In this document: piece by piece, positions 14,505 to 41,997 of the stretch
How the letters are laid out: each line of letters begins with the position of its first letter
How positions within the stretch are numbered: the stretch's first letter is position 1
Origin: Chrysomallon squamiferum
Taxonomy: Eukaryota > Animalia > Mollusca
Reading direction: 5' to 3'
NCBI GenBank assembly: GCA_012295275.1
Contig: CM022673.1
Location: 17,298,001-17,362,000 of the forward strand
DNA length: 64,000 nucleotides
Made by a program: the position numbers and the translations under genes
Notes under the pieces: model-generated
Told to the model about the DNA's origin: nothing
Seen by the model: only the letters and a program-made list of their open reading frames with translations
Databases searched by the model: none

Positions 14505-16750
14505 GAAGAAAGAAATATAGTCATATTATTCATCTTTACGAAGACGCTCTTGATGACTAATCATCAAAAAAGGTCATAAAAGTCTACAGTGTTTTTTTCA
14601 AATATAAAATAAATTTTATAAAGTAGACAAATTAAATTATTGTATCAGTTTGTGTACTTGGAGTGGAATTCCTTTACCGAATAAATCAGAAAGATTAAAT
14701 TACAGATACATAAATAAACATATCAGTGAGAGAGAGAGAGAAGGAACAATCTTTATGTTTGATATAAAAGTGATGGTTCGCAGGAATATAATAGATAATG
14801 GACACATCTGATAAAATTATGTTATTTCTTAGCTAAATGAAAAATTCAATAATCTTATTTAGTTTTGGAGAAATGCGACTTTGAATCGTTATATAATCGA
14901 CAATCCTATTTGCGGTAAATGAGCAACGTTTTACTAAACGTATGTAATGATCCATAATTTTGCCTAGCAAATGTTTGGTACGAAAATAACCAGCAGGTTT
15001 CACAGAAGTCAAAGAAACTATTCATTTTAGATAAAACTGGGTCTATTGAGTTCTGTGTTTCTAGAGTTTGAGGCTCGACTAACCATTACAAAATGGGTAA
15101 ACAAAGTAAGAAACGTTGCATGTTATCGCACAATACTTCAGAAGTATGTACATTTTAAGGCGGAGTGAAGATATTGCCTCGAAGCATCAAAGCGCACTGT
15201 GCGACTTATCCATGATTTTCGCATGCACCGTCACAATATATAAGGGAGACAGAAATGGAATGAGAGAGAAAGAGAGCGAGATAACGAGACTGGTGCAAAG
15301 AAAACTAGCGAGAGACAGAAAGAGTAGTTCAGAAGAGAGGCAGACAGAGGCAGACAGACGACAGGTAGACGATAAACAGATAGCATATTTTTTTAAGTAA
15401 AATATCCTGACATTTTGACACTAAATTAAAAGATAGAATTCCTAACAATATTTCACACCCAGCAGCTGAAATAGAGAGTCTTATCCCCTGTCTACTGCGA
15501 GTCGAATACTCACAGAATTTAACTCTAGACAATCGAATCTGCCTTTTGAGAATAAATCTGGTTCAAGGCTCGTATTTAAATCACTGACTGCAATATAGCT
15601 GAATGTTAATAGTTTTATCAAGATAGTATTTACAAGACTTATGATGTCTAGGTAATTTGAAGGTTTATTGGCTTTGAAGCCAGCATTTTGAAATTTTTGT
15701 CAGATCTAAGACCATCTCTAAATTAAACGTCCTTGAACTTTGGAGCGAAACTAATGAACACGTGACTGCTACCATGTCGTTATCTTTCCACTACTCAATG
15801 TCTGATTATCATTTTTTCACTCCAGACAGAAAATTCATTTCTTTCTAAATATTAAAAATAAATACCTCTGATGAAATATATCAGTGACCAGACATAATAA
15901 GCTTATAAGACATAAAACTTTGAAGTACGTGGTCATTATCTGATGTTTGAAAAATTCGTTATATGCGCACGTTTTATAAGACATTAGAGATTGTTAACAT
16001 TATTAATAATAACAGTATATGTGTAATTATACATACATACACGCACATATATACATACAACATACATACATACATACATATGTATAGATACATACAAACA
16101 TACATATATACAGAGTGGATAGTGATTAAACTAAGATATATGTTCAGTCAGGATGGATGAATTTGTTTCATTCTTTTTGTATCATTAACTAATACTACCA
16201 CAACAACAATAATAATTACAAATAACCATAGTGGATGATGAAGTAGTAACTGCTGAACCAGCAGGAAAAACAACCATACGTTAACATCAGCAACGACAAC
16301 AATAGTAACATTAAAAATAATAAAAACAAGAAGAAGAAGAAGAAAAGTTAACGATGACAGTGATTTCTATGATTACCACAAAGACGATGGTGAAGATGAT
16401 GACGATTATGATAAAAACTTTCTGTTCAATTATCTTTATTTTATAATTAAGCTATTTCTCACAGCAAAATTATAAAAAAGAACCAAAATTCACTGTAAAC
16501 CCATTATTGGGAATGTTCCTTTTATTTGGTATTTCAGATAAAACTCATACCTTTCCGGTTGGAGTCTTTATTTAATTAGAACTGGAACTGAGAATAACTA
16601 AAGAACAAGTACGTAGTTATCAGTTCAGACTGTTGATCGAAAAAAAAAAAAAAAAATAGTCTCACGCCAATTCCATTCACAGTTCAAAAGTTCCCTGAAC
16701 GAAGCATCAAAGTCACGTGCATAAGTAAACCATTTTACTTGTTGTTTTAG

Positions 16751-16800
16751 CTTTACTGCAATTCAAAGACGGTTGATTGGGTGTTAGAACATTATTCTAT
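16751..16800 (+). other. Candidate 50-nt exon (UTR or alternative) upstream of the GPCR body
   Basis: Flanked by acceptor TTGTTTTAG and donor TAT|GTAAGT. Only one frame is open (phase 0 to 2), which does not join directly to the exon at 25857. Confidence 0.25.
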
Positions 16801-16861
16801 GTAAGTAAGTTACATAATTACATTAACACGCAGTATTAACATTGCAAAGGTAATAACTTTT

Positions 16862-16900
<39 letters not shown>

Positions 16901-17657
16901 TTCAATATTAGTTTAATTTGATAATTATTAATTTTAAAAAATGCTGAAAAATATTTTCAGTTTCTGTCTTGTATCAATGTTTTCTTTTACTATGTTTTCT
17001 TTTCATGTTTTTTTTGTATCAGTGTGCTCTTTAAAAAGTTTCTCAGCAAATCTTTAAAAATTACATAATATTTTTCTTCTTCGTTCCTGTTTTTTTTTTT
17101 TAATTTGCACAGATTCATTACAATACTACATTCACTGTTCCTTTAAATTAATTTTTTTTAAAAATATGTATTGATTCTAAGCATGCGACATCAAATCAAT
17201 TTGATCAAATTTGACAAAACATCGTGTAACTGTCAAATATCGTTTTATATATTCACAAAATAATTTATATCATTTTCCAACAGTAATAAATAATAATAAT
17301 AAAGAATAACTGAACAAACCATCATTAATTCTCTTTTTTTTTTTTCTTTAATGATTCTACGTAAGCTTTTAAATACGTTTAAACACGTTTAAAAAGAAAA
17401 TCTGGATGAAGTTTAATATTAGGAATATGTGCCTTTTTATAAGAGAGGAAAGCCAGTAATTATAAAAAAACTAATGAAAAAACCGTGGAAGAGGAACAGA
17501 AAATAATCTAATGAAATAAATGAAGTGAATTAATTTCTGGTGTTATCTGACGTTCAGTTGCAGCATGCTAATCAACCACGATAAAAAAATAGATTTATGT
17601 GGAAAGTTGACGTTAAAACGTTCTTCCTAACACATAAAATAGTCACACGTAAAGTGG

Positions 17658-18137
17658 TCACACACACATACATACACAAAGACACACAGACACAAACACA
17701 CATACACACACAGACACAAACACACACACACAGACACAAACACAGACACACACACATACACACATACACAAACACACATACACTTACAAACACACACATA
17801 GACACACAGTAACACACACATACACACGCAGAAACACAGACACACATATACATACACTTACAAACACAAACACACACAGACACAAACACAGACACACACA
17901 CAGACACAAACACACATATACACACAGACACAAACACAGTCACACACACATATACACAGACACAAACACACGCACACACTTACAAACACAAACACACACA
18001 GACACAAAAACAGACACACAGACACAAATACAGACACACACAAACACAAACACAGACATACACAGACACAAACACACACAAACACTCACGCAGACATAAA
18101 CACACACAGAATCACACACACAGACACACATACACAA
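17658..18137. repeat. Degenerate (CA)n compound microsatellite
   Basis: Direct inspection (ACAC/ACAG/ACAA units). Confidence 0.9.
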
Positions 18138-18759
18138 ATATATTTGATAGATGAGAACAAAACAAAAATAAAAAATAAAAAAAGGTAATAATTAAAATAA
18201 ATGAAATAAAATAAAATGTTAATAATACAAATGGTTTGAGTTGTTGATAAACATTCATTCATTTCTGGTTTGTTATTAAAGATTTAATGAGAGCAGAAAT
18301 AACATATTAGAGTTATTCCACGTGTTAAATAATTTTATAATTCTCCTGTATTAACATTTCTAACCATTCTTACTACGTTTTCTCTGACAATCAAACCAGA
18401 TTTCTTAATAGTTTGCTTTCTTTCACTAAAACACACTGATTTCATTTCTATAAAAGTCATTGAATATCAAACATGTGAAAATTTCCAGATTTACCCTAAA
18501 AAGTCTAAACCTGAATTATAAATTTAAATTGCAGTTAAATTTAAGATAAAAAAAAAAAAAAAAAAAAAAAATTATTTGAAGAGACGAGAAAGAATCGGTA
18601 GATTACATAAAATATCGACAAAACAAATGACAAATAAGATGCTGTATTTTAAACTGATACTAAATATTTTAATGAAAGTACTATCATGGGAAATGGTTCT
18701 TATGCTGTGAAAATTGAAGATAAACTTGAAAGTTTTTGCCTATACATAGCTTCAGCCGT

Positions 18760-18995
18760 CGATATTTGATCCATTTATTATTATTATTATTATTTCGTTA
18801 TCCACTTATATTTTGATTGTCAGTATTTGATACATTACATTTTGATTGTTAGTAATTGATATACTTTTATGTTTTGACTATAGAATTTGATCTCCTAGAA
18901 TTCTGAATGTCTGACTCACTTTCATTTTGACTGTCAGTATTTGATACACTTATATTTTGACTCAAGATTTTTTCATCCACTTACATATTGACTTT
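18760..18995. repeat. Diverged 30-31 bp tandem repeat
   Basis: CACTTATATTTTGA(C/T)TGTCAGTATTTGATA-like unit recurs about 6-7 times with substitutions. Confidence 0.6.
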
Positions 18996-19185
18996 GTAAT
19001 TTTCCTAACAAATCTAACATCAAAATTTAATGCATGCTTCATGTAACAGTCTAGTTAGCTACCGATCTATCTGTCTGAATGTCTGTCTGTCTGACTCTAT
19101 CTGTCTATCTGCCATTCTGTCTGCCATTTTGTCTATCTTTCTGTCTACCTACCTACCTACCTACCTACATACCTACCTGCTTACC

Positions 19186-19292
<107 letters not shown>

Positions 19293-19615
19293 CGCTTTAT
19301 ATCTCTGTCTGTCTGTCTGACTCTTTATCTTTGTATTTATCCCTCTCAAATCTAATATACCTATCTCTCCTTCCAGCCATTCATTTATGCAGTTATCTTT
19401 CTGTACAGTCTGTCCATCTCTCTACGGCAACATGAGTAATAAGATGGACAAAATGTAAGGGAAAAAATACATGTAACATCAGTAATATAAAATTATTTAT
19501 AAATGTACAAGAAAACAGCCTGGTGATGCTTTTCCGCATGCTAGAATGCTAATTTTTCTTAAATTAGACAGGTAGAGATGTACAAGGATAGATAGCCAGA
19601 CAGACAGACAAAGAA

Positions 19616-19760
<145 letters not shown>

Positions 19761-20038
19761 AGAAGAAGAAGAGAGAAAGAATATTCAAAAAGAAATATAT
19801 ATAAATAGACGGACTGATCGATAGACAGACAGACAGAAAAAGAAGAAACAAGATGGATAGATAGAAAATTTGAAAAGAAAAAGAAAAAAGTATATATATA
19901 TAAATAATAAAAACAAAAACAAAGAAACAGAGAAAAAAGATAAGTAGAAGAGAGTAACAACGGATATTTTAATAAGAAAACATTAGATGAATATTTATCA
20001 ATTGTAACGATAAAGGAGTTGATAACCAAGTATATATG

Positions 20039-20479
20039 CATTGTCAGTACTAGTTGTAATAGTAGGAAATCTACTACAAATAATAACCTAGTGTATGTAC
20101 ATTGTCAGTACTAGTTGTAATAGTAGGAAATCTACTGCAAATAATAACCTAGTGTATGTACATTGTCAGTATTAGTTGTAATAGTAGGAAATCTACTGCA
20201 AATAATAACCTAGTGTATGTACATTGTCAGTACTAGTTGTAATAGTAGGAAATCTACTACAAATAATAACCTAGTGTATGTACATTGTCAGTACTAGTTG
20301 TAATAGTAGGAAATCTACTGCAAATAATAACCTAGTGTATGTACATTGTCAGTACTAGTTGTAATAGTAGGAAATCTACTGCAAATAATAACCTAGTGTA
20401 TATACATTGTCAGTACTAGTTGTAATAGTAGGAAATCTACTGCAAATAATAACCTAGTGTATATACATTGTCAGTACTA
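20039..20479. repeat. 61-bp minisatellite, about 7 near-identical copies
   Basis: Unit CATTGTCAGTACTAGTTGTAATAGTAGGAAATCTACTGCAAATAATAACCTAGTGTATGTA; it shifts by one base per 60-nt line. Confidence 0.97.
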
Positions 20480-21232
20480 TTTATAAAAAGAACGGAATCA
20501 AGAACAACAGTATATAATAACACACTACACATAATTACACAAATAATCGCAAACATATTTTACCAGTATAAATAAATAAATAAATAAACAAATAAATAAA
20601 TACGATAAAATAAAATAAACTAAACTAAATAAATGAGTAAATGATAAACAACAACAACCACAACAATAACAATAATAAAAGGAAAAAAAGTAAAAACTAA
20701 ATTTTCTCAGTTCGATATCTTCCATCAGAACATTACTTATAAATTACGTAAATTTGGGTAACAATTGACAAATAAATTTCCTCTAGGGATTTTAATGTCT
20801 CTAGTTAAGCTTTCTCTTTCGTTTTTCTGTAATTCAGTATATCACGGCTTGAAGACTTGATATATTAACACGCTATCCATTACTGCAAAAGATTATTTAA
20901 AATCAAAAGAGAATGAAAAAAGTTTGGTCAGGAAACATAGCAAAGAGCTGCTTTGTGTCTCCTGGATAAAAATATAAAATAAATTTAGTTTTTATTTTAT
21001 AGTTGTGAAAGGGAAGATTAGCAATGCTAATTTCAACAAATCTTCAAAAGCGCATCTAATCCATGAATTTAGTTACTAGGAATCTAATTACTCATCCAAA
21101 GCTACGTTTAGAATGTTAGAAGATTGATTTTGCAATCTTATTGTCAGTCAATGCTTTTTTAATTTTTATTATTATTTAATTTTTGTTGTTAAAAGTTCTG
21201 CAAAAAAGGACGACAGATAAATAGATGGACAC

Positions 21233-21391
<159 letters not shown>

Positions 21392-21559
21392 GAGAGACAG
21401 AGAGAGAGAGAGAACACGGAGATAGATTGAAAGGCAGACTGACAAGCATTTTTCTCTATGTTTCTGAACAAAGAAGCTCGTTATCGTAAAGCGTTCTATG
21501 AATTACAACATTTTATCATGTTATAACTGAGTCGACATTGGATTAAACATCTTTATTAC

Positions 21560-21860
21560 CACAACAGAAACTTGAAACCTTAATTCCAGTGACGCCTGAG
21601 AGTCGATCTGCGGTTTCTGAAACAATAAATATTGCCGCGGAGTCCAGCCTCAAAGAAGTTACGTAATTAGAAGACAGAGCTGAGAGTGGAGAAACCGTCT
21701 GTTTGAAAGGGTGACGGGTAATTACGTTCTAGCCAATCTCTCGCACTGAAGCTAGGTCCGTGATCCTGGTAACCGTTATAGAGAGCGAACCAATCACAAA
21801 TCGGCTTTGTCATTAAAGGACCAATAAAATAATTCGTATCGTGGATTTTTAGATATTTGA
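21560..21860. promoter_or_regulatory. GC-richer element with three CCAAT boxes (possible alternative promoter/enhancer upstream of first identified GPCR coding exon)
   Basis: AGCCAATC (about 21731), AACCAATCAC (about 21788) and GACCAATAA (about 21819), plus TGACG half-sites, within a CpG-rich patch. Confidence 0.3.
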
Positions 21861-22133
21861 GAAGATCTTCTGAGATAATGTTGTAGCTTAATGGAGAAAC
21901 GATCATCATTAGCGGAAAAGAATATTCACAAGTTTCAGAGTTACAGTGAAATAGAATTGGAGAGCGTGTGAAGAAGATGGAGAAATGATGGGAAAAGAAA
22001 GCAATAAGGAATAATTGAAATATTAGTTTATTTTGATAATTATTAATATTAGAAAATTTCTTGTACCAATATTTTCTTATACTATGTTTTCTTATCAAGT
22101 TTTTTTTTTTTTGAGAGAGAAAGATAGATAAAT

Positions 22134-22224
<91 letters not shown>

Positions 22225-23559
22225 AGTATGGATCGACACAAAGTGAAACAAATGAAAAACGGAAATAGGGAATAAATTAGTTATAAGGATAAAAAAAGAA
22301 AGAGGAACACTGAAGTAGTGAAATTTATATTTCACTTCGCTGTTAATCCTGTGACTGTTATTAGCAGAAAGTCGTAAAGTAATAAATACGCTATTAAACA
22401 ACAGGTGATTTTAGAAACATGGCCAAAAAAGGGAAGATTAAAAATGTGAACAACTTTTGAAAGTCAGGTTTAATCCAGGAATTCAATAACCAGGAATCTT
22501 CTTATATAGCCAAAACTAACTTTGTGTATCTTAGAACTTTTTATTATTATTATTATTATTTTTTTTATAAACTTAAGAGAAATACAATACACTCAAACTA
22601 TCAGATAAGAGAATGAATGTTTCGGCTCTCAAATTTTATTCCGCCGATGTTTCAGTTCTTTTGTGCGACTTCTGCTTTTAACGTAATTTACCTAACGGAA
22701 TATTCCATAAAACTAGGAATTTCATGAATTTTACATGGGATCATCTTGATAATACAATAAAATACGACTTGACATTTACAACGTTCTTTGTCAGAGGTGT
22801 TTGAAAGAAGAAGAAAAAAAAATGTATGCCTCAAAAAATTTCAGAAGCATGATAAAATAAGATCAAATAAAATAAAAAAAGAAAAAAAAGAAGAAGAAGA
22901 AAAAAAGAAATGAATGGTCAGTGTGAATATTAAACGAATACGTAGGGGTGGGGTTGGGTGGGTTGGGGTGGGGGCGAAACAGACGTTTTAAAACAATGGC
23001 AAATCTGTTCACATTTTTCAACGGAGCAGGCACGAGAAACAGTGTTCGAATTTTATTTTTCACACTGAGCGAACACATTTAGTTATGAAATTATTTTATA
23101 TGTTTCTGTATAAGCTATATGGTGTCATAAGATCGCGTGAAGGGAAATATTCAGTTCTATTAGGCTAATCTAGTGAAATATTGAAGAGACAAAGCTAACG
23201 CTAACTTTTTCTAATTTCCATTAAAAACCTCTAATTTAATAAGGCTGGTGTAGGAATTACATCAATAATTTATAAAATCTTGCAGACAACAGTAGACGTG
23301 AACCAGTCAGCGGCGTATTTTGGATTTTCTTTATGTTTTTATTTAAAGAACTTGTATTATATTGATATTCTTTATTGTCAGAAAAGTTTAGTGTGAATAA
23401 AACAAAATGAAATAAAGCAATCTGCAAAACGTTATTAAAAGTTAAACATCTTTGTATAATGTTTGTGAATTAAATAGCGTAATATAATAATAAGTCAAGG
23501 TGTCTAAAATACCTGTAACAAAGTGCATATGAACTTAAAACACTTTTTACAGGCTCTTT

Positions 23560-24440
23560 TAATACCCTCCCACTTTTTATCCGGGCTAACATGTTCATCG
23601 ATCTTTCATGCTAGTTTGTCTGGAGAGGTCCACTGTTTTATAACTAGCCCACTCCTTTATGTCGTCTCTAGGAATTCGCCTCGAACATCCAACGTTTCAA
23701 ACTGTCCTGTATGGTTTTATCTCCCTTAACGATGTCCCATCATCAGCTTGGGTGGGCTCTAGGTAAGTAAATTCTGCCAGCTGTTCAAGATGGTCGTCTT
23801 CCTAGCTGTAATTTCTGAGGTTCTATATTTGCTCTGTCGTGGACTTTCCATTGCGGAAACCAGTTTGTTCTACGGAAAGAATGCCTTCCGCTTGCTTTAA
23901 GTATCACCTTCAGTATGACCATGCTGAGTGGTTTATCAAGCTCATTGTCTGTAGTTTGTACATTTCCGTAGGTTCCCCATCTTCGAAAGTTGGGTTAACT
24001 TCCGCAAGGTTGCATTATCATATGGTCTTCTTTCACAACAGCCTCATGGAAGGTTTTGGCTAGGTTTATGTTTCTTTAAAATCTGTTTGCAATCATGATA
24101 TAATCAAACTGCGGGACTTTCCATTTGGACAGTGCTAGGTGGTCTTGCTATTGACCTTCCATTCTTGGCGTGTTTTGCAAATGGTTAGTTCATAGAAGTG
24201 TACAAAGTGGAGACCCCTGTCTTTTGATATAGCCTGACCGTGCTATTTCTGTCTGCTGTTCTCATCTCACCCATTCAAGTTTTTGACCTATACAAGTGAT
24301 AAGCCAGGAACAGAGTTTCAGCTCATGTTCTAAAAGCTCGATTTTGCTGTCTGCTTGGGCTGTTCATTCATTCCAGATGCCCTATTACCAATGTTCTTAT
24401 TCGCAACTTCAAATCAGTTTTTGTCAGTAACCCATATGTC
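23560..24440 (-). mobile_element. Internally deleted, decayed RTE-type non-LTR retrotransposon (endonuclease + reverse transcriptase fragments)
   Basis: Minus-strand fragments appear in the expected order. APE start: GIWNE*TAQADSKIELLEHELK. APE end: ELTICKT..TT*HCPNGK..FDYIMIANRF. RT start: GNLRKCTNYR..SLINH..VILKV and EQTGFRNGKSTTEQI*NLR. RT end: LEQLAEFTYL..DDGTSLREIK. C-terminus: RDDIKEWA. Many stops and frameshifts. Confidence 0.8.
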
Positions 24441-24943
24441 GTCACCACCTCCCTGCCTAGAGTACACGTCGACGTTGTCAACCCAGAACTCGACCAGTGT
24501 AGGTATTAATCATTTCGTCGATGACATAAGATGCACTAATAGTAAATAAATTCATTCAAAGCAACTTTCTGTATGAATGAAGGACAGTTATCGTTTTTAA
24601 TACTTTCAGTGATTATATTAACCTGTATACATATTTAAACAGTAACAAATTTTTTTTTAAAATAATTTATTTACATTCTCTGAATCGATTCTTTCTGACG
24701 TTAGCGATCAGTAGGCATTCTACGTAATACTGAAAATTAATTAGCAGAACTTTAAAAAAAATAACAACTTTTCTAAGCATCAGTCGTTAATTAAATAACA
24801 CCAGCTGTTTTCTTCGAGGGATTTTGATCAAATTTTCTTAAAGCATTCTGAGAAAAAAACATCCCCCTCCAAAAAAAATGAATAAAAAAATTAACGTTAT
24901 TACCTGTTTTTGTATTTGTAATTTCAAATGTTCTTTCTTCATT

Positions 24944-25029
<86 letters not shown>

Positions 25030-25051
25030 GTTACTGTAATAAGAAACAAAA

Positions 25052-25082
<31 letters not shown>

Positions 25083-25587
25083 AAAATTCACTTATCTCAA
25101 CGTTTTCATTAAAGCGGAAAAGTAATTTCCTCCTTCAATGCAAAAGAACCAGAGTAGAACATTACTCATTTCGTTCAACTGTTTATTTTTCTACGTTATA
25201 TGTACTTTTTTGAATTTTGAAACTAACTGATGAGTAACTCGGTTAAACTTAACATTAATAAAATTTTAAAATTTTAAATGAAATAAACGATGTAAAAGGA
25301 AATGAAATGTGAAATTTTGAGTCAATTTTTTTAACATTTTTCATACTCTGAAAACTTTTTGCTAGCATATTTCGCTCAGGTTTACCGTTCCAGGCTGAAA
25401 ATACACAGTGCCTGTTAAACAAAGTTAGTCCACTGCAAATCTGTCACTGCACAAACAAACAAACAAACAAACACAAATAAAAAAATAAAAAATTTAATAA
25501 ATAAATAAATAAATAAAATAATAAAAATATTTGCTGGACAAACTTGAATAAACTTTAGTTTAACAACTAACTTAATATTAAAAGTCA

Positions 25588-25734
<147 letters not shown>

Positions 25735-25856
25735 GTTGGATCCGCTGCTACAGACATTTTTTAAATATTTATTTCTTATCTCTCAATTCGAGTTTTCTGT
25801 TTTAGTTTTTAAGTTTTCATTTCCTACTGGTAAGAAGTTTTCTTTGTCTCTCACAG

Positions 25857-40973
<15,117 letters not shown>

Positions 40974-41847
40974 AAATGTAAATATAGATGTAATAATTTT
41001 CTCATCATTCGAATGTGATACGCCTTTTACAATATCTTTCTTGTTTTATGGGTTTTTAGTCTTTCTCCATTTTAAATTGTTTTTAATATTTTATTTCAAA
41101 CGAAATCAAAATTAGAGACTGCCGTCCAAAAACAGGTATTCTTTAATTGTTTGTAATCAATATTAATAGAAAGCTGAAAAATAAATAAGCCGACATATAC
41201 ATTTAAATATTAGAAGTAAGATGAAATTATTTTTCGTTAAGAAATTGTTTTTTAGGTAAGGGAGGTAACTGTAGCAAGTATCAGGTAATTTCGTTCTTAC
41301 TTATTTATTTATTTATTAGAACACTTTCCAGTTAATATTAGTGATGTGTTTAGAAAAAAGTTATTTTTAGATTAAAAAGGCTAGATAAAAGATACATAGG
41401 TCATATGTAGTATATGCACTGTAAATAATTATACGAAAGAATAAATAAATAAACAGTAGTAGTCGTAGCACTAATAATTTTTAGTAAAAGTATTAAGTTT
41501 GATAATTTCGGAATTATTCAGATTTTGAAATATAAGGAGATAGCCTAAGAATAGAATCTAAGTGTAAATACAAATTCCATTTATATTTCATACAACAGTT
41601 AAACAAGTAGTCTGCAGGATTTTTGAATTCTTCTTCTTCTTCTTCTTCTTATTATTATTTCTTTATAATCGTGGCTATGTAAATCAAAAATGAATTGTAT
41701 TTTGCAGCAGTATATTTACTTTCAAATGCAAGCTGTTATTTATGAAAATATTTATTTAATAAAATATAGCGGAATAATTTCATTTTGTCTCCAGAAGTTA
41801 TTTTTTATGCATTACTCTATGTTATTGGTGCATAGTATTACTACAGT

Positions 41848-41884
<37 letters not shown>

Positions 41885-41917
41885 ACTATTACTACTATTA
41901 TAAACAAACTCTCTCTC

Positions 41918-41997
<80 letters not shown>

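Noticed and set aside
20039-20479. CRISPR-like appearance of the regular 61-bp array (also the 88-bp array at 36001-36581)
   Set aside because: Units repeat in full with no unique spacers, the context is eukaryotic, and there are no cas genes.
21667-22401. 244-aa minus-strand ORF
   Set aside because: Non-ATG start, crosses an (AG)n tract and shows no recognisable domain. The non-repetitive part looks like regulatory DNA.
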